A DNA stretch of 32,000 nt from Aeropyrum pernix K1 (GCF_000011125.1 NC_000854.2:690001-722000), one strand, 5' to 3'. Positions 1-9,270 are shown, numbered from the stretch's first letter. Numbers and translations: made by a program. Notes: generated by a model not told the origin, from the letters alone.

Positions 1-347
1 TGCTTCAGCGTCTCTAGACTCCTTTTGAGGGCGTCCTCCTTCTTGGCCAGTATCTCGGTGGCCTTTGCCGTGTCGAGCTTGGCGTAGACGTTGAGGCCCA
101 GGTGTACAATCGCCTTGCCCGGCTCCAGCAGCCTGGCCTTAAGTATCGTGTTGAGCTCGGGGTCACCGGGGAACAGGGTTTCCCCGTCCTGGCCGGCGGC
201 CTTCTCCACGGTCTCCTTCGCCGCCTGCACGCTCCTGAGCCTGAGCTCGAGCTGGGCTAGGACGCCCTGGAGCTCGGCTATCTGGTCCCTTATCATCTGG
301 AGCTGGGCGGCTATCTCCTCGGGGCTGGGCATCTGCTGCGCCACCAT
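1..347 (-). CDS. pfdA: prefoldin alpha subunit (partial; C-terminus runs off the left window edge)
   Basis: My own minus-strand translation from the ATG at 347 gives MVAQQMPSPEEIAAQLQMIRDQIAELQGVLAQLELRLRSVQAAKETVEKAAGQDGETLFPGDPELNTILKARLLEPGKAIVHLGLNVYAKLDTAKATEILAKKEDAL... This has the coiled coil / beta-hairpin / coiled coil layout of prefoldin alpha. It lies in the conserved archaeal rpl39e-rpl31e-eif6-rplX-pfdA cluster. It is absent from the ORF track because it is open at the window edge. Confidence 0.75.
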   Translation of the reverse strand, partial: MVAQQMPSPEEIAAQLQMIRDQIAELQGVLAQLELRLRSVQAAKETVEKAAGQDGETLFPGDPELNTILKARLLEPGKAIVHLGLNVYAKLDTAKATEILAKKEDALKRSLETLK

Positions 348-349
348 GT

Positions 350-616
350 TCACCCCGTCTTGACGAAGCGCTCCAGCGAGGCCAGCCTTATTATGTTGAG
401 GTCCTCAACCTCCCCGGGGTCCACCTCCTCCACGCTCCTAATCCTGATGTGCTTCCTCCTCAGCTTGTGCCTGCTCCCCAGGTCGGAGTAGACCTTCTCC
501 AGTGCGTGCTCCCGCTTCAGAGCCCTAACATAGACCTCGAACTTCCTCCACTCCGGGTACCTGTCGTGGGATATGAGCATCTCACCCTTAACCCTATACA
601 CCTTAACCTCGCTCAC
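350..616 (-). CDS. rplX: 50S ribosomal protein LX (L18Ae/L20A family)
   Basis: 88-aa [55 protein letters not shown]... Size and sequence are typical of archaeal LX, and it sits between eif6 and pfdA. It overlaps the eif6 stop by 4 nt. Confidence 0.8.
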   Translation of the reverse strand: MSEVKVYRVKGEMLISHDRYPEWRKFEVYVRALKREHALEKVYSDLGSRHKLRRKHIRIRSVEEVDPGEVEDLNIIRLASLERFVKTG

Positions 617-1314
617 TTCACTCCACCTCCGAGGGCCACCTGTATACGCGCTATCTCGGGGCCCGTTGTATCCTCTCCAACCAGGGCCCCATAACTGTTC
701 GCAACCAGGCCGGTCCTAACGAACTCGACCCCGAAGTTTATGGTGCCGGCCTCGAACGGCACCTTAAAAACGTCTGAGAGGAACTTGAGCTCCTCCTCGC
801 TAGCGTCCGGGTGGGCCAGGCCTCCCCTGTTGGTCACCACTATAGCCGAGCCCACGGTGTAAACCCCCGCCACCGAGCCCTCGACAACCTCGACCCCCAG
901 CGTGTCCGAGACGGTCTTCAAAGCCTCCTTCTCGAGCCCGGGCGAGGCTAGGCAGGCCCTGTCGTTGCAGACGATAACGTTACCGAGGGCGTTGCTCCTA
1001 GTGGGGACTATACCCACCTCAACACCCTCCAGCGCCTTCCTAACCAGCTCAACCTCCCTGTCAACACCCTCTGGCAGGAGGATCCCCCTGCTGTTGCCCG
1101 TGGTCAGCACGCCCACCAGCCTCATACCGAGAACCCTGAGCCTCACAACCCGCTCCATAGCCACCCCGAGGACCTCGGAGATAGTCCTGACATCGTCCGC
1201 CCCAATGTCGTCCGGGGCTAGCACGTAGGAGTCGGAGGCGGTTAGGTACACGCCTATATTAGGGTTGCCATAGAGGCTCAGCTTCTCCACGGTAAAGCTG
1301 CCGCCATTGCTCAT
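613..1314 (-). CDS. eif6: translation initiation factor 6 (aIF6)
   Basis: Pentein-repeat protein with GNPNIGVY and SNALGN motifs. The track ORF starts at a TTG (1320); the ATG two codons later (1314, MSNGGSF...) is the more likely start. Confidence 0.9.
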   Translation of the reverse strand: MSNGGSFTVEKLSLYGNPNIGVYLTASDSYVLAPDDIGADDVRTISEVLGVAMERVVRLRVLGMRLVGVLTTGNSRGILLPEGVDREVELVRKALEGVEVGIVPTRSNALGNVIVCNDRACLASPGLEKEALKTVSDTLGVEVVEGSVAGVYTVGSAIVVTNRGGLAHPDASEEELKFLSDVFKVPFEAGTINFGVEFVRTGLVANSYGALVGEDTTGPEIARIQVALGGGVK

Positions 1315-1406
1315 CAACAACCACCTTCACACCAGCCATAGCGTTAACACGCTGGGGGCGGGGTTCCACCTGTGGCCCGGCATAGGCGTTGTAGGCGCCT
1401 GGGGGT

Positions 1407-1724
1407 TCAGCCCTTGTACCTGCCGGGCCTGAGCTTCCTGCCCGCCAGCCTTACTACCGCCTTCCTTATCCTCTCCCCACCCTCCTCCGGCTCCTCCTCT
1501 CTTATAGAGACTATTATCTTGACCCTCGCCGGCGGCTTCTCCCTACTCCTGCTCCAGATGTAGTTGTTCAGCTCGTTGTCGATGACGACCTCGTCCGCCT
1601 TGGTGTGGCGCCTGACGAACTCCCTCACCATCCTCACAGCCCTTATGGCCCTCCTAGTCCTCCTACCCCAGTATACGCGGCGGAGGTTTACCACGTAAAC
1701 CCAAGTCCCCTCGCTGGGCACCAC
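1407..1724 (-). CDS. rpl31e: 50S ribosomal protein L31e
   Basis: 105-aa basic protein (VVNLRRVYWGRRTRRAIRAVRMVREFVRRH...DNELNNYIWSRS), typical of L31e, in conserved cluster order. Confidence 0.85.
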   Translation of the reverse strand: MVPSEGTWVYVVNLRRVYWGRRTRRAIRAVRMVREFVRRHTKADEVVIDNELNNYIWSRSREKPPARVKIIVSIREEEPEEGGERIRKAVVRLAGRKLRPGRYKG

Positions 1725-1739
1725 TCACCCACCCCCGGG

Positions 1740-1895
1740 CTAGACCTTCAGCTTGCTCCTCCTCCAGTGCCTCCTCAGGAGGTTGAACCTTATCCTCCTA
1801 CTCGTCCTTATGACCACCCAGACGGGTATGGCCCTGTTTGACTTGAGGGCTCTGGCGAGCCTGAGCTTCCTGCCCAGAGGCTTGTTCCTAGCCAT
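1740..1895 (-). CDS. rpl39e: 50S ribosomal protein L39e
   Basis: Too short for the ORF track. My own translation from ATG 1895 to TAG 1740-1742 gives MARNKPLGRKLRLARALKSNRAIPVWVVIRTSRRIRFNLLRRHWRRSKLKV (51 aa), a textbook L39e sequence. Confidence 0.85.
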   Translation of the reverse strand: MARNKPLGRKLRLARALKSNRAIPVWVVIRTSRRIRFNLLRRHWRRSKLKV

Positions 1896-1946
1896 GCACC
1901 ACCCCCTCCGGGTTAGCCCTAGAGTCCAGCGGTTTTATTCTGCCAG

Positions 1947-2294
1947 CTACTTCCTCTTTATCCTTATCTCGAAGTCTCTCCTAGTGCTCCTGTCCAGCTC
2001 GAGGAGTATCTGGACCAGCGTGTCGTCGTCCACCGGCGGCGTTATCCTGCCGGTCTGCACTAGCTGTATCACCGCGTTCTCCGCGGCCTCAGCTATCTCG
2101 GGCCTCACGAGCCTCAGGTTGGCTAGCCTCTCCCTCGCCTTGCTGGTTAGGAGGCGTCTCAGTATCGCGTCCTTCTGGGCCCTCAGCCTCGCCTGCTCCT
2201 CCTCTCTCCTCCTCTCCTCCTCGAGCCTGCGCTGGAGCTCCAGCATCTTCCTCCTCCTTATCTCCTCAAGCTCATCGTCGTACTCGTAGGACAA
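1947..2294 (-). CDS. PDCD5/TFAR19-like dsDNA-binding protein
   Basis: 115 aa with a charged coiled-coil N-terminus, then LVRPEIAEAAENAVIQLVQTGRI, the conserved PDCD5-family core. This is its usual archaeal position next to rps19e and rpl39e. Confidence 0.8.
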   Translation of the reverse strand: MSYEYDDELEEIRRRKMLELQRRLEEERRREEEQARLRAQKDAILRRLLTSKARERLANLRLVRPEIAEAAENAVIQLVQTGRITPPVDDDTLVQILLELDRSTRRDFEIRIKRK

Positions 2295-2370
2295 CCCTAC
2301 CTACACCTCCAGGGTTACATCCAGGATTGTGGGTTGACTTAGGGGCCTATTAATATGAGGATGAGGAGGT

Positions 2371-2832
2371 CTAGAGGTACCTCTCCAGCTCGGGCCTGGT
2401 CTTGACGAGCTCCTCCATTATCTCCCTGGCGGTGGTGTCGAGGAGGCTTCTCCCAGCGGGCGATATAGTCCTCCCCCTCCCGGGCACCTTCACCACGAGC
2501 CCTGCCTCCTCGAGCTGCTGGAGTATCTTGCGGGGCACGCTCCCCCCGGCCTTCCTGAAGTGCTCTGGCGCCGACCCCCTGTTCTGCCTGCCCCCGTATA
2601 TGGTTCGGAACGTCTCTATCCCTATCGGCTCGGGGCTCTTGTAGAGCTTCCTCAGTATGCTGGCGGCCCTTACGTACCACCAGTCCCTGTCCGTGGGGGG
2701 CCTCTCCTTGTGGGGCCCCGTCTTGGCGAAGTAGGCCCAGGCTGGCGGCTTGACCTGGGGGTACTTCTCCTTCAGCTTCCTGGCTACCCTCCTTATCAGG
2801 AGGTCTGCAGGCACCTCTAGAGCGTTGACCAT
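2371..2832 (-). CDS. rps19e: 30S ribosomal protein S19e
   Basis: 153 aa ([38 protein letters not shown]...GRSLLD), characteristic of S19e. Confidence 0.9.
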   Translation of the reverse strand: MVNALEVPADLLIRRVARKLKEKYPQVKPPAWAYFAKTGPHKERPPTDRDWWYVRAASILRKLYKSPEPIGIETFRTIYGGRQNRGSAPEHFRKAGGSVPRKILQQLEEAGLVVKVPGRGRTISPAGRSLLDTTAREIMEELVKTRPELERYL

Positions 2833-2837
2833 TGCGG

Positions 2838-3161
2838 CTACTCCACCCAGGACCCAAGGAGTCTCCTGCTCGGCCTTTTAACCTTACTGCCGCCCCTCCT
2901 GGGCCTGTAGAGTATGAAGGTGTAGCCCCTGACGCCCATGAGCCTGGCGCCGAGGCTGCCTGCAACCCTCCTCGCCAACTCCCTCCTACCGCCCTCCTCC
3001 CTCTTGAGGGCGGTCTTCAGCATCTTAACCTTGACAACCTCCTTCTTCTCGAGCCTGGCGTCAATCTCCCTTAGGACCTCCCTGGTGACCCCCGCCTTGC
3101 CTATTATCACGTCCGCCCTGCCGTGGTGGGCCCTGCGGACCCTTGTCCTCACGCTCTCCAC
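2838..3161 (-). CDS. YhbY/CRM-domain RNA-binding protein
   Basis: 107 aa. [40 protein letters not shown] matches the YhbY pattern (AHHL.P.v.IGK.G.t...), and the protein has the conserved archaeal size. Confidence 0.7.
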   Translation of the reverse strand: MESVRTRVRRAHHGRADVIIGKAGVTREVLREIDARLEKKEVVKVKMLKTALKREEGGRRELARRVAGSLGARLMGVRGYTFILYRPRRGGSKVKRPSRRLLGSWVE

Positions 3162-3552
3162 TATCCCTCCCTCCTGAACCGTATTCCGCGGCCGGCGGGG
3201 ATATAGGCGCCCCGCCCCGGGGGCCCTTCCTGTAGGGGTACCTGTGTATCCAGCCGCAGCTTAGGCAGGTGACTACCGTGTATGACATGCCCCCCTGGCT
3301 CCTGAGCCTGACCCTGGCGGTGAGGCCTGGTATGAGGGGTGTTCTGCAGTTCTTGCAGAAGAGCCTCTTCACCCTCCTGGGCGGCCTGACCCTGGTGGAG
3401 GCGGCCAGCTGGAAGAGCTGCTCCGCGACCCTCCTAGCCTCGCCCGTGAGGCCCCTGCGGGCCAGCTCCAGGGCCCAGCGGGCCAGCCTCTCCTCCTCCC
3501 TCCTGACTAGGGTGGTGAAGCTCCTCCTACACCTGCTCCGCCGGCTCTTCAA
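3061..3552 (-). CDS. rnp4: RNase P protein component 4 (Rpp21/Rnp4) with a Gly/Arg/Pro-rich C-terminal tail
   Basis: Helical N-terminus followed by the zinc ribbon [11 protein letters not shown]...VVTCLSCG typical of Rpp21. The frame stays open for ~50 further low-complexity residues and overlaps the YhbY gene by 101 nt. The start overlaps the lig stop by 26 nt and could be a later non-ATG codon. Confidence 0.7.
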   Translation of the reverse strand: MKSRRSRCRRSFTTLVRREEERLARWALELARRGLTGEARRVAEQLFQLAASTRVRPPRRVKRLFCKNCRTPLIPGLTARVRLRSQGGMSYTVVTCLSCGWIHRYPYRKGPRGGAPISPPAAEYGSGGRDSGEREDKGPQGPPRQGGRDNRQGGGHQGGPKGD

Positions 3553-5335
3553 CCCTCCTCAACTGCCTCTTGTACATCTCGAGCAGCTCGTGGGTTGTTG
3601 TCGCGTCCTCCGGACTCTTGTCGTCCCTCCACCTTATGAACCTGGGGAACCTTATGCTTATCCCCACCCCCGGCCTCACAGTGTTGAGGCAGCAGGTGTG
3701 CATTGGTGAGAGGGTGAGCTCGGCGCCCAGTATCTCCGCCACGAGGGCGGGCTCCACCCACACGTCAGGCTCTATCCTCGACTCTACCCTCGGGTGCTTC
3801 CTGGGTATGATGTGCTTCTTCAGCATCTCGTTCATCCTGTCCAGCTCCTCGTCCGTGAACCCTGTGGCCACCTTGCAGACGGTGGGGAACACGTCCCTGT
3901 CTGGGTCGTAGGCGGCCATGAGCAGGCTGCTGAGCTTCCCGCCCCTCTTCCCCCTGCCGTAGAAGGCGCCCACCACTACGAGGTCCACCGTGTCCATCAT
4001 CTCGCTCTTGTAATCCCTCTTCAGCTTGACCCACAGCCACCCCCTTACGCCCGCGGTGTAGACTGAGTCCCTGTGGACGGCCTTGACCATGACGCCCTCG
4101 GCCCCCTCCTCTATGGCCTTCAGGAAGAAGGTCCACAGCTCCTCGGGGTCGCTGGTCTCGATGGACTCCGCCAGCCTCCAGAGGGGCGTCTCCACAACTA
4201 TCTCCTTGAGCCTCCTGCGCCTCTCGGGGAGGGGTTTGCTTGTGAGGTCCTCGCCGTCCACGTAGAGGGCGTCGAAGAGGAAGACGGCGACGGGCACCTC
4301 CCTCATGACCCTGTGTATGTCGTGCTTCCTCTTCCTCTGCATGAGGACCTGGAAGGGCTGTATCTCATAGTTGTCTGGGTCTACGGCCACTATCTCCCCC
4401 TCGACTATAGCCTCCCCGGCTTTGAGGCCCTTCCTCGCCATCTCAACCACGTCGGGGAACATCCTGGTTATGTTCTCAAGCCTCCTCGAGTAGATGTAGA
4501 CCTCCCCGTCCTTCTTGTGTATCTGCGCCCTCTCCCCATCGTACTTATACTCGACGACAGCCCTGCCCCCCACCTTCCTGAGTATCTCAGCCGGGTCCCT
4601 CCCCCTCTCGGCCAGCATCGGCCTTATAGGAACGCCGACCTGGGGCTTCACACCCCTCAGCGCATCAACACCCTCCCTGGCCACGACCTCCGCTATGTAG
4701 CCTAGGTCGGCCCTGAGGTTGTAGGCCCTCTCTATAACGGGCCTCGCGTGGGCCCCGCCGCCGAAGGCCATGGCGAGGGCGTCGAGGACGGTCGCGTCCC
4801 CAACACCCACCCTCAGCCTCCCCTCCACAAACCTCACAATATACTTCGCCTCCACGGGCTCGGCGTCCGCCAGGAGGCCGGCCAGCAGCCTAAGCTTGAT
4901 GTCCCTGCTCCCCTCACCCTGCGCCATGGCTATCCTGTACAGCGTGTTGTAAACCCTCCTCACAGTCAGCGCCTCCCCCCCTCCCGCCATGAACGCCTCC
5001 AGGGTGACGGCCCTGGCAGCCCGGGAGCGGTACTCCCGCGACAGCCTCTCGGCCACACTCCCCAGGTCGCCTACAGACTTGTAGAGCCTCTCAACCCTCT
5101 CCTCAGTGGCCTTGTAAGCCAGGGCTATGGCCTTTACAAGCAGCTTCTCCCCGACACCCAGCTCCGGCAGCCCCTTCCAGTCGGGCCCCAGCTTCCCCTG
5201 GATCAGGTACACCACAATACCGATCGCCCCCGGGGGCGTGGACTTGAAGAGCCTTGTGAGGAGGAGGGTGAGCTGCGTCCTAGAGGTTATCCTCTCCATG
5301 GAGGCGAAGGCCTCAGCCACGGGCTTGAAAGGCAT
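3527..5335 (-). CDS. lig: ATP-dependent DNA ligase
   Basis: Adenylation motif [10 protein letters not shown] and full-length similarity to archaeal Lig1-type ligases. The track ORF (620 aa) starts at 5389, but [10 protein letters not shown] (the ATG at 5335, 602 aa) is the conserved N-terminus. The first 18 residues ([18 protein letters not shown]) look non-coding. Confidence 0.95.
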   Translation of the reverse strand: MPFKPVAEAFASMERITSRTQLTLLLTRLFKSTPPGAIGIVVYLIQGKLGPDWKGLPELGVGEKLLVKAIALAYKATEERVERLYKSVGDLGSVAERLSREYRSRAARAVTLEAFMAGGGEALTVRRVYNTLYRIAMAQGEGSRDIKLRLLAGLLADAEPVEAKYIVRFVEGRLRVGVGDATVLDALAMAFGGGAHARPVIERAYNLRADLGYIAEVVAREGVDALRGVKPQVGVPIRPMLAERGRDPAEILRKVGGRAVVEYKYDGERAQIHKKDGEVYIYSRRLENITRMFPDVVEMARKGLKAGEAIVEGEIVAVDPDNYEIQPFQVLMQRKRKHDIHRVMREVPVAVFLFDALYVDGEDLTSKPLPERRRRLKEIVVETPLWRLAESIETSDPEELWTFFLKAIEEGAEGVMVKAVHRDSVYTAGVRGWLWVKLKRDYKSEMMDTVDLVVVGAFYGRGKRGGKLSSLLMAAYDPDRDVFPTVCKVATGFTDEELDRMNEMLKKHIIPRKHPRVESRIEPDVWVEPALVAEILGAELTLSPMHTCCLNTVRPGVGISIRFPRFIRWRDDKSPEDATTTHELLEMYKRQLRRVEEPAEQV

Positions 5336-5696
5336 GTCACCGCCTCCAACACCCCCAGAGCTAGAAGCCAAAACCAGACACCCCACCAACCCACAATAAA
5401 CATATTAGAACCCCAGGCTTGAATAGGTTGGCATCCCAAGCAGGTACAACTGGGGGCGGTGAGTGCAACCCGGCAAGTCCGAGCGCCGTCACCCCCCGCC
5501 TGGGGCAGCTCTGGGCGGGGGATGCTATGAGTGGAAGTCGGGGTTTAACGAGCCCCCCGCCCGGCTCCATGGGCCAAGCGTTATCAACCCCGGTGTGCCC
5601 TAGGGTTTCTCACGGGATGAATGGGCCGACATAGTCCGACGGCCCCTCCGGGTGTCTTCCGGTTTTCGCCGGGCTGGATGACGTGGGGTCAATGGA

Positions 5697-6863
5697 ATGA
5701 CCTCCCCCGCGCCCCTCTGTGGCACTAGTATAGCGTATGACGCTGGCCTCGCCGAGGTCCTCGAGGCCTCCTCCGGGCCCCTATGCAGCCTGCTAGCCAG
5801 CCTGGAGAGGCCTCCTCCCAGGCTTTACGTTAGGGTTAACACGCTGAAGGTCGGTGTAGACCGCTACCTGGAGATGCTGAGGGGTGTGGGGCTGGAGTTT
5901 AGGGTTGACGAGGATATTCCAGAGGCCATTTGGCACCCTGTGGAGGGGCCCTTCTCCTGGGAGTTCAGGGGGAAGAGGGTTGTCGCCGACAAGGTGGCCA
6001 GCGAGAGCGTCCTCATGGGCAGCGACCTCTACGCGCCGGGGGTGGTTTACGCCAGGGGTGTTGAGAGGGGTGACGAGGTTGTTATTGTGGCGCCGAACGG
6101 GAGGGTCGTTGGCGGCGGCGTTGCTGTTATGTCGTGGCGAGAGATGAGGAGGGCTGGCAGGGGCCTGGCTGTGAGGGTGACGAAGCCGATATACAGGGCT
6201 CCCAGGGTCTCGGAGCTTCCGGGGTTCAGGGAGGGCCTGGTGTACGGTCAGAGCGTCACCTCGATGTACGTGGCCAGGGCTCTCGACCCGAGGCCGGGGT
6301 GGGTTGTGGTCGACTTAAACGCCGCCCCCGGGGGGAAGGTTAGCCACGTCGCCCAGCTGGCGGGGAGGGAGGCGGTGATAGTGGCTATAGACAGGCCGAG
6401 CAAGGTTGGGAGGCTGAGGGAGACTCTGGAGAGGCTGGGGGCCGGGTGGGTGAGGGTGGTGGGGGGAGATAGCAGGAGGGCCTCCCGCCTCCTACCCGGG
6501 CTGGCGGGGAGGGTTGATGCGGTCCTCGTCGACCCTCCGTGCACGAACATAGGCGTCATACCCAAGGTGTTCGACGTCAAGACCCTCAGGGACAGCGCCG
6601 CCGCATCCCGCTACCAGTGGATGTTCGTGGAGGAGGCCTGGAGGCTCCTGAGGAGGGGGGGCCTGCTGGCCTACTCCACCTGCACCCTCTCCAGCCTGGA
6701 GAACGAGCTTATAGTAGCGAGGGCGGAGGAGCTGGGCTTCAGGCTCACATGGAGCTGGGGGTTGCGGCCGAGCAGGGGGAGGAGGAGCTGGCTGGGGTTC
6801 AGGTGGGAGCCGCACAGGGACGGGACGCCCGGCTTCTTCCTCGCGATACTCGAGAAGCCCTAG
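5697..6863 (+). CDS. NOL1/NOP2/Sun-family RNA (cytosine-C5)-methyltransferase with a PUA-like domain
   Basis: SAM motif DLNAAPGGK and the catalytic-Cys motifs DPPCTNIG and YSTCTLS. A PUA-like segment (GDEVVIVAPNGRVVGGGVAVMS) lies upstream. Confidence 0.85.
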   Translation: MTSPAPLCGTSIAYDAGLAEVLEASSGPLCSLLASLERPPPRLYVRVNTLKVGVDRYLEMLRGVGLEFRVDEDIPEAIWHPVEGPFSWEFRGKRVVADKVASESVLMGSDLYAPGVVYARGVERGDEVVIVAPNGRVVGGGVAVMSWREMRRAGRGLAVRVTKPIYRAPRVSELPGFREGLVYGQSVTSMYVARALDPRPGWVVVDLNAAPGGKVSHVAQLAGREAVIVAIDRPSKVGRLRETLERLGAGWVRVVGGDSRRASRLLPGLAGRVDAVLVDPPCTNIGVIPKVFDVKTLRDSAAASRYQWMFVEEAWRLLRRGGLLAYSTCTLSSLENELIVARAEELGFRLTWSWGLRPSRGRRSWLGFRWEPHRDGTPGFFLAILEKP

Positions 6864-7279
6864 ACAGCCCCCCGGTACCTCAGCCTCACCACCCCCAGCC
6901 CCAGCCTGGCGGCCAGCCTCTGGAGGGTGTAGTCGTCTGTCGCCACCGCCACCCTGCAGCCCTGCCAGGCCAGGTCCAGGGCGAGGGCGAGGACCTCGAG
7001 GTCCGCCCCGCTGAGCCTCCCCAGGACGCCGGCCCTCCTGGCCTCCTCCCTAGCCCTCTCCAGGGCGCGGGTGCTGGGGGCGAGGACCTCGAGCCTGCCC
7101 GTCGATTGGAGCAGCTCCAGCAGCGACCTGCTACCCCGGTCCCTAACCTCCTCCAGGACCCTGGGGGGCGTGGCGAGCCTCCCGGGGAGGGCCGCCGCCT
7201 TCCCCGCTATGAATGCGCCGGTGTCGAGGACTATGGCCTCCCTACCAGTAGGCGAGCAGCCTTGTGTAGAGCCTCTCAT
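6860..7279 (-). CDS. PIN-domain endoribonuclease, Nob1-like (no zinc ribbon)
   Basis: VLDTGAFI near the N-terminus and ATDDYTLQRLAARLGL at the C-terminus match the Nob1-type PIN signature. The ORF ends directly after the PIN domain. The start overlaps the nadK 3' end by 38 nt and is uncertain. Confidence 0.6.
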   Translation of the reverse strand: MRGSTQGCSPTGREAIVLDTGAFIAGKAAALPGRLATPPRVLEEVRDRGSRSLLELLQSTGRLEVLAPSTRALERAREEARRAGVLGRLSGADLEVLALALDLAWQGCRVAVATDDYTLQRLAARLGLGVVRLRYRGAV

Positions 7280-8117
7280 AGTAGTCCTCCCACCACCTGA
7301 ACCTCGCTATCCTAACCCCGCTCCCACACCGCTCTATATCCACTATCCCCCCGGGCTCCAGCTCGTAGACGTACTGGCCGTCTATGTTGACTACCAGGGG
7401 GTTGCTGTAGACGCTGGCCTCCACCGTGACGCGCGAGCCGCTGGGGACCACAATGCTCCTGAGGAAGAGCTGAACCGGGTTCAGGGGGGTTAGTACTATG
7501 ACGTCCAGCCTCGGGTCTATTATGGGGCCGCCCCCGCTGAGGCTGTAGGCAGTGCTCCCCGCGGTGGTCGAGACCACCACACCGTCGCCGTCGATATTCA
7601 TAGCCAGGTCGCCGTCAACGAAGACGTGCACCCTGGCCATCTTCGCGTTGTTAGCCGTAACCGCCGTGTCGTTGAACATGCAGGCACGGGCCTCCCCCTC
7701 AAGGTAGACCCGGTAGCGGGGGTACACGACCTCCCTGAACCTCCCCTCGAGGAAGTCCCTCAGCCTCTCCACAGCCTCATACCTCTCAACGTCAAGCAGG
7801 AACCCCTTCTTCCCCGCCTTGATAGTCATGAAGAGGGGGCTCTCCCTCTCCCCGAGCCTCAGGAAGGTCCTCAGGAGGGTCCCGTCACCCCCCACCACCA
7901 CAACCCTACCCGGGGGGTCGCGGGAGATGCTGAACCTGGGGAAGCCGGAGAGGGAGGGGTAGTCGACAGTCTCGTCCACGAGGACCTCGACACCGCTCTC
8001 CACAAGCTCCTTAACCACGAGCCTCGCAACATCCTCCGCTATCCCGCTCCTCCTCTTCACCACAAGACCCACAGCACCGGACAAAAGACAATCCCCCAGC
8101 TCAAGAGCCTCGGTCAT
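7242..8117 (-). CDS. nadK: NAD(+) kinase
   Basis: GGDGTLL motif (VVVVGGDGTLLRTFL), plus TAGSTAYSLSGGGPI and an appropriate length of 291 aa. Confidence 0.9.
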   Translation of the reverse strand: MTEALELGDCLLSGAVGLVVKRRSGIAEDVARLVVKELVESGVEVLVDETVDYPSLSGFPRFSISRDPPGRVVVVGGDGTLLRTFLRLGERESPLFMTIKAGKKGFLLDVERYEAVERLRDFLEGRFREVVYPRYRVYLEGEARACMFNDTAVTANNAKMARVHVFVDGDLAMNIDGDGVVVSTTAGSTAYSLSGGGPIIDPRLDVIVLTPLNPVQLFLRSIVVPSGSRVTVEASVYSNPLVVNIDGQYVYELEPGGIVDIERCGSGVRIARFRWWEDYYERLYTRLLAYW

Positions 8118-8171
8118 GATACTTTACGCCCGCCAACCTATATCTAGTTAAGCCGGCTCCTCCCGACGGGA

Positions 8172-9224
8172 GTGCCGGGGGCCGCGGGGTTGCCCGAGTG
8201 CGTCGCCGTCAAGACTGTTGACGGGGAGAGGGCTATACGCCTCCTCAGGGCGGCCGGCCTGCTGGACACCGGTTTCAAGCCGGCCCGCAGCGGGGGGAGG
8301 CTAATGCTGCCCGTGGAGGACGCCGAGCTTGCCCTGGAGGCCCTCAGGTCCTCCGGCCTCGAGGCGTGGCCGTGCAGAGCCTCCTTCGAGCCCAGGCGCA
8401 GGCCCCGCGGCCTGAGGAGCCTAGGGTTCGAGGGGCTGTCGGGCTACAGCCTCGTGGGGGATATAGCGGTGTTCAGCAGGAGGGAGGGGGGCCCGGGGGT
8501 TGAGGAGTATAGGAGGGCTGCTGAGGCTCTGATGAGGGAGCAGCCGAGGGTTAGGGCGGTGTATCTGAAGGAGGCCACGGTGGGGGAGCTCAGGGTGCAG
8601 AGGCTCGTACACCTGGCGGGGGAGGAGAGGACCTGGACCGTCCACAGGGAGTTCGGCCTGGAGTTCGAGGTGGACATAGCGAGGGCCTACTTCAACCCCC
8701 GCCTGGCCAACGAGCACAGGCTGGTGGCCGAGAGTGTTGGGGAGGGGGAGAGGGTTCTCGACATGTTCTCCGGTGTAGGGGGGTTCTCGATACACACCGC
8801 CAGCCTGAGGAGGGCCAGCGTCGTCGCCTCGGACATTAACCCCCACGCCGCCCTCCTGGCGGCGAGGAACGCGAGGAGGAACAGGAGGAGGCTCAGGGGG
8901 AGGGTCTCTGTGCTGAGGGCTGACGCCGCCCTCCTCCCCCGGATCCTCCAGCCGGTATTCACAACCATAATAATGAACCACCCCACAGCCTCCCACATGT
9001 TCGCCTGGGAGGCGTGCAGGCTGGCCAGCAGCGGGGGGGCTAGGGTGCTGTTCTACAGGCTCTCCGAGAGCTGCCCCCAAGCCGAGGAAGACGCGCTCCA
9101 AGCCTTCACCCGGGCCCCATGCTGCCGTAGGGTGGAGGTGAGGTGGTGCAGGAGGGTTCTCGAGTACAGCCCCTCGGCAGCTGTATATAGGGTTGAGGTT
9201 GCGGTGGAGCCGGGGAGGCTGTAA
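8172..9224 (+). CDS. Met-10+ family tRNA methyltransferase (Trm5 / Taw2 type)
   Basis: YFNPRLANEH followed by the SAM-binding VLDMFSGVGGFSI and NHP, matching the Trm5/TYW2 family. It uses a GTG start. I cannot assign the paralogue (Trm5a, Trm5b or Taw2) by eye. Confidence 0.75.
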   Translation: MPGAAGLPECVAVKTVDGERAIRLLRAAGLLDTGFKPARSGGRLMLPVEDAELALEALRSSGLEAWPCRASFEPRRRPRGLRSLGFEGLSGYSLVGDIAVFSRREGGPGVEEYRRAAEALMREQPRVRAVYLKEATVGELRVQRLVHLAGEERTWTVHREFGLEFEVDIARAYFNPRLANEHRLVAESVGEGERVLDMFSGVGGFSIHTASLRRASVVASDINPHAALLAARNARRNRRRLRGRVSVLRADAALLPRILQPVFTTIIMNHPTASHMFAWEACRLASSGGARVLFYRLSESCPQAEEDALQAFTRAPCCRRVEVRWCRRVLEYSPSAAVYRVEVAVEPGRL

Positions 9225-9270
9225 AAACCCGGTCTCTCCACGAAGGGGGTTCTCCGGAGGGGCTTCCGGG

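Noticed and set aside
2339-2965. 208-aa minus-strand ORF overlapping rps19e and the YhbY gene in another frame.
   Set aside because: Its Gly/Ala/Arg/Pro-rich low-complexity translation is typical of an off-frame read of GC3-rich genes. The overlapping frames encode well-recognised proteins.
5336-5389. 18-codon N-terminal extension of DNA ligase in the ORF track ([18 protein letters not shown]).
   Set aside because: The conserved ligase N-terminus begins at [10 protein letters not shown] (ATG at 5335). The extension is low-complexity and lies close to an AT-rich promoter-like patch at ~5393-5410.
3765-5422. Several 60-224-aa ORFs antisense to or off-frame within lig (3765-4136, 4073-4705, 4748-5422, etc.).
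   Set aside because: They are composition artefacts (Pro/Gly/Arg/His-rich), and the ligase frame explains the whole region.
5440-5690. I considered SRP (7S) RNA or RNase P RNA, because of GGTGAGTGCAACCCGGCAAGTCC (Alu-domain-like UGCAAC, and GAAAGUCC-like) and the neighbouring rnp4 gene.
   Set aside because: The near-universal SRP helix-8 motif (GGAAGGGAGCA type) is absent on both strands. The RNase P CR-IV/CR-V motifs (ACAGAA..., and P4 complementarity to the AAGUCC strand) are also absent. I kept the region only as an unexplained structured region.
6860-7279. The PIN protein as a VapC toxin of a VapBC toxin-antitoxin pair.
   Set aside because: No small antitoxin ORF lies upstream; the upstream gene is nadK, which it overlaps. 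The C-terminal TDDY..Q..A..LG motif is Nob1-like rather than VapC-like.
6539-7300. 253-aa plus-strand ORF spanning the 3' end of the NOP2 gene and the whole PIN gene.
   Set aside because: It is off-frame or antisense to two recognisable genes, and its product is low-complexity and Gly/Pro/Gln-rich.
8421-9101. 226-aa ORF antisense to the Trm5/Taw2 gene.
   Set aside because: Its Pro/Gly-rich antisense translation shows no domain signature. The sense frame carries clear SAM-methyltransferase motifs.
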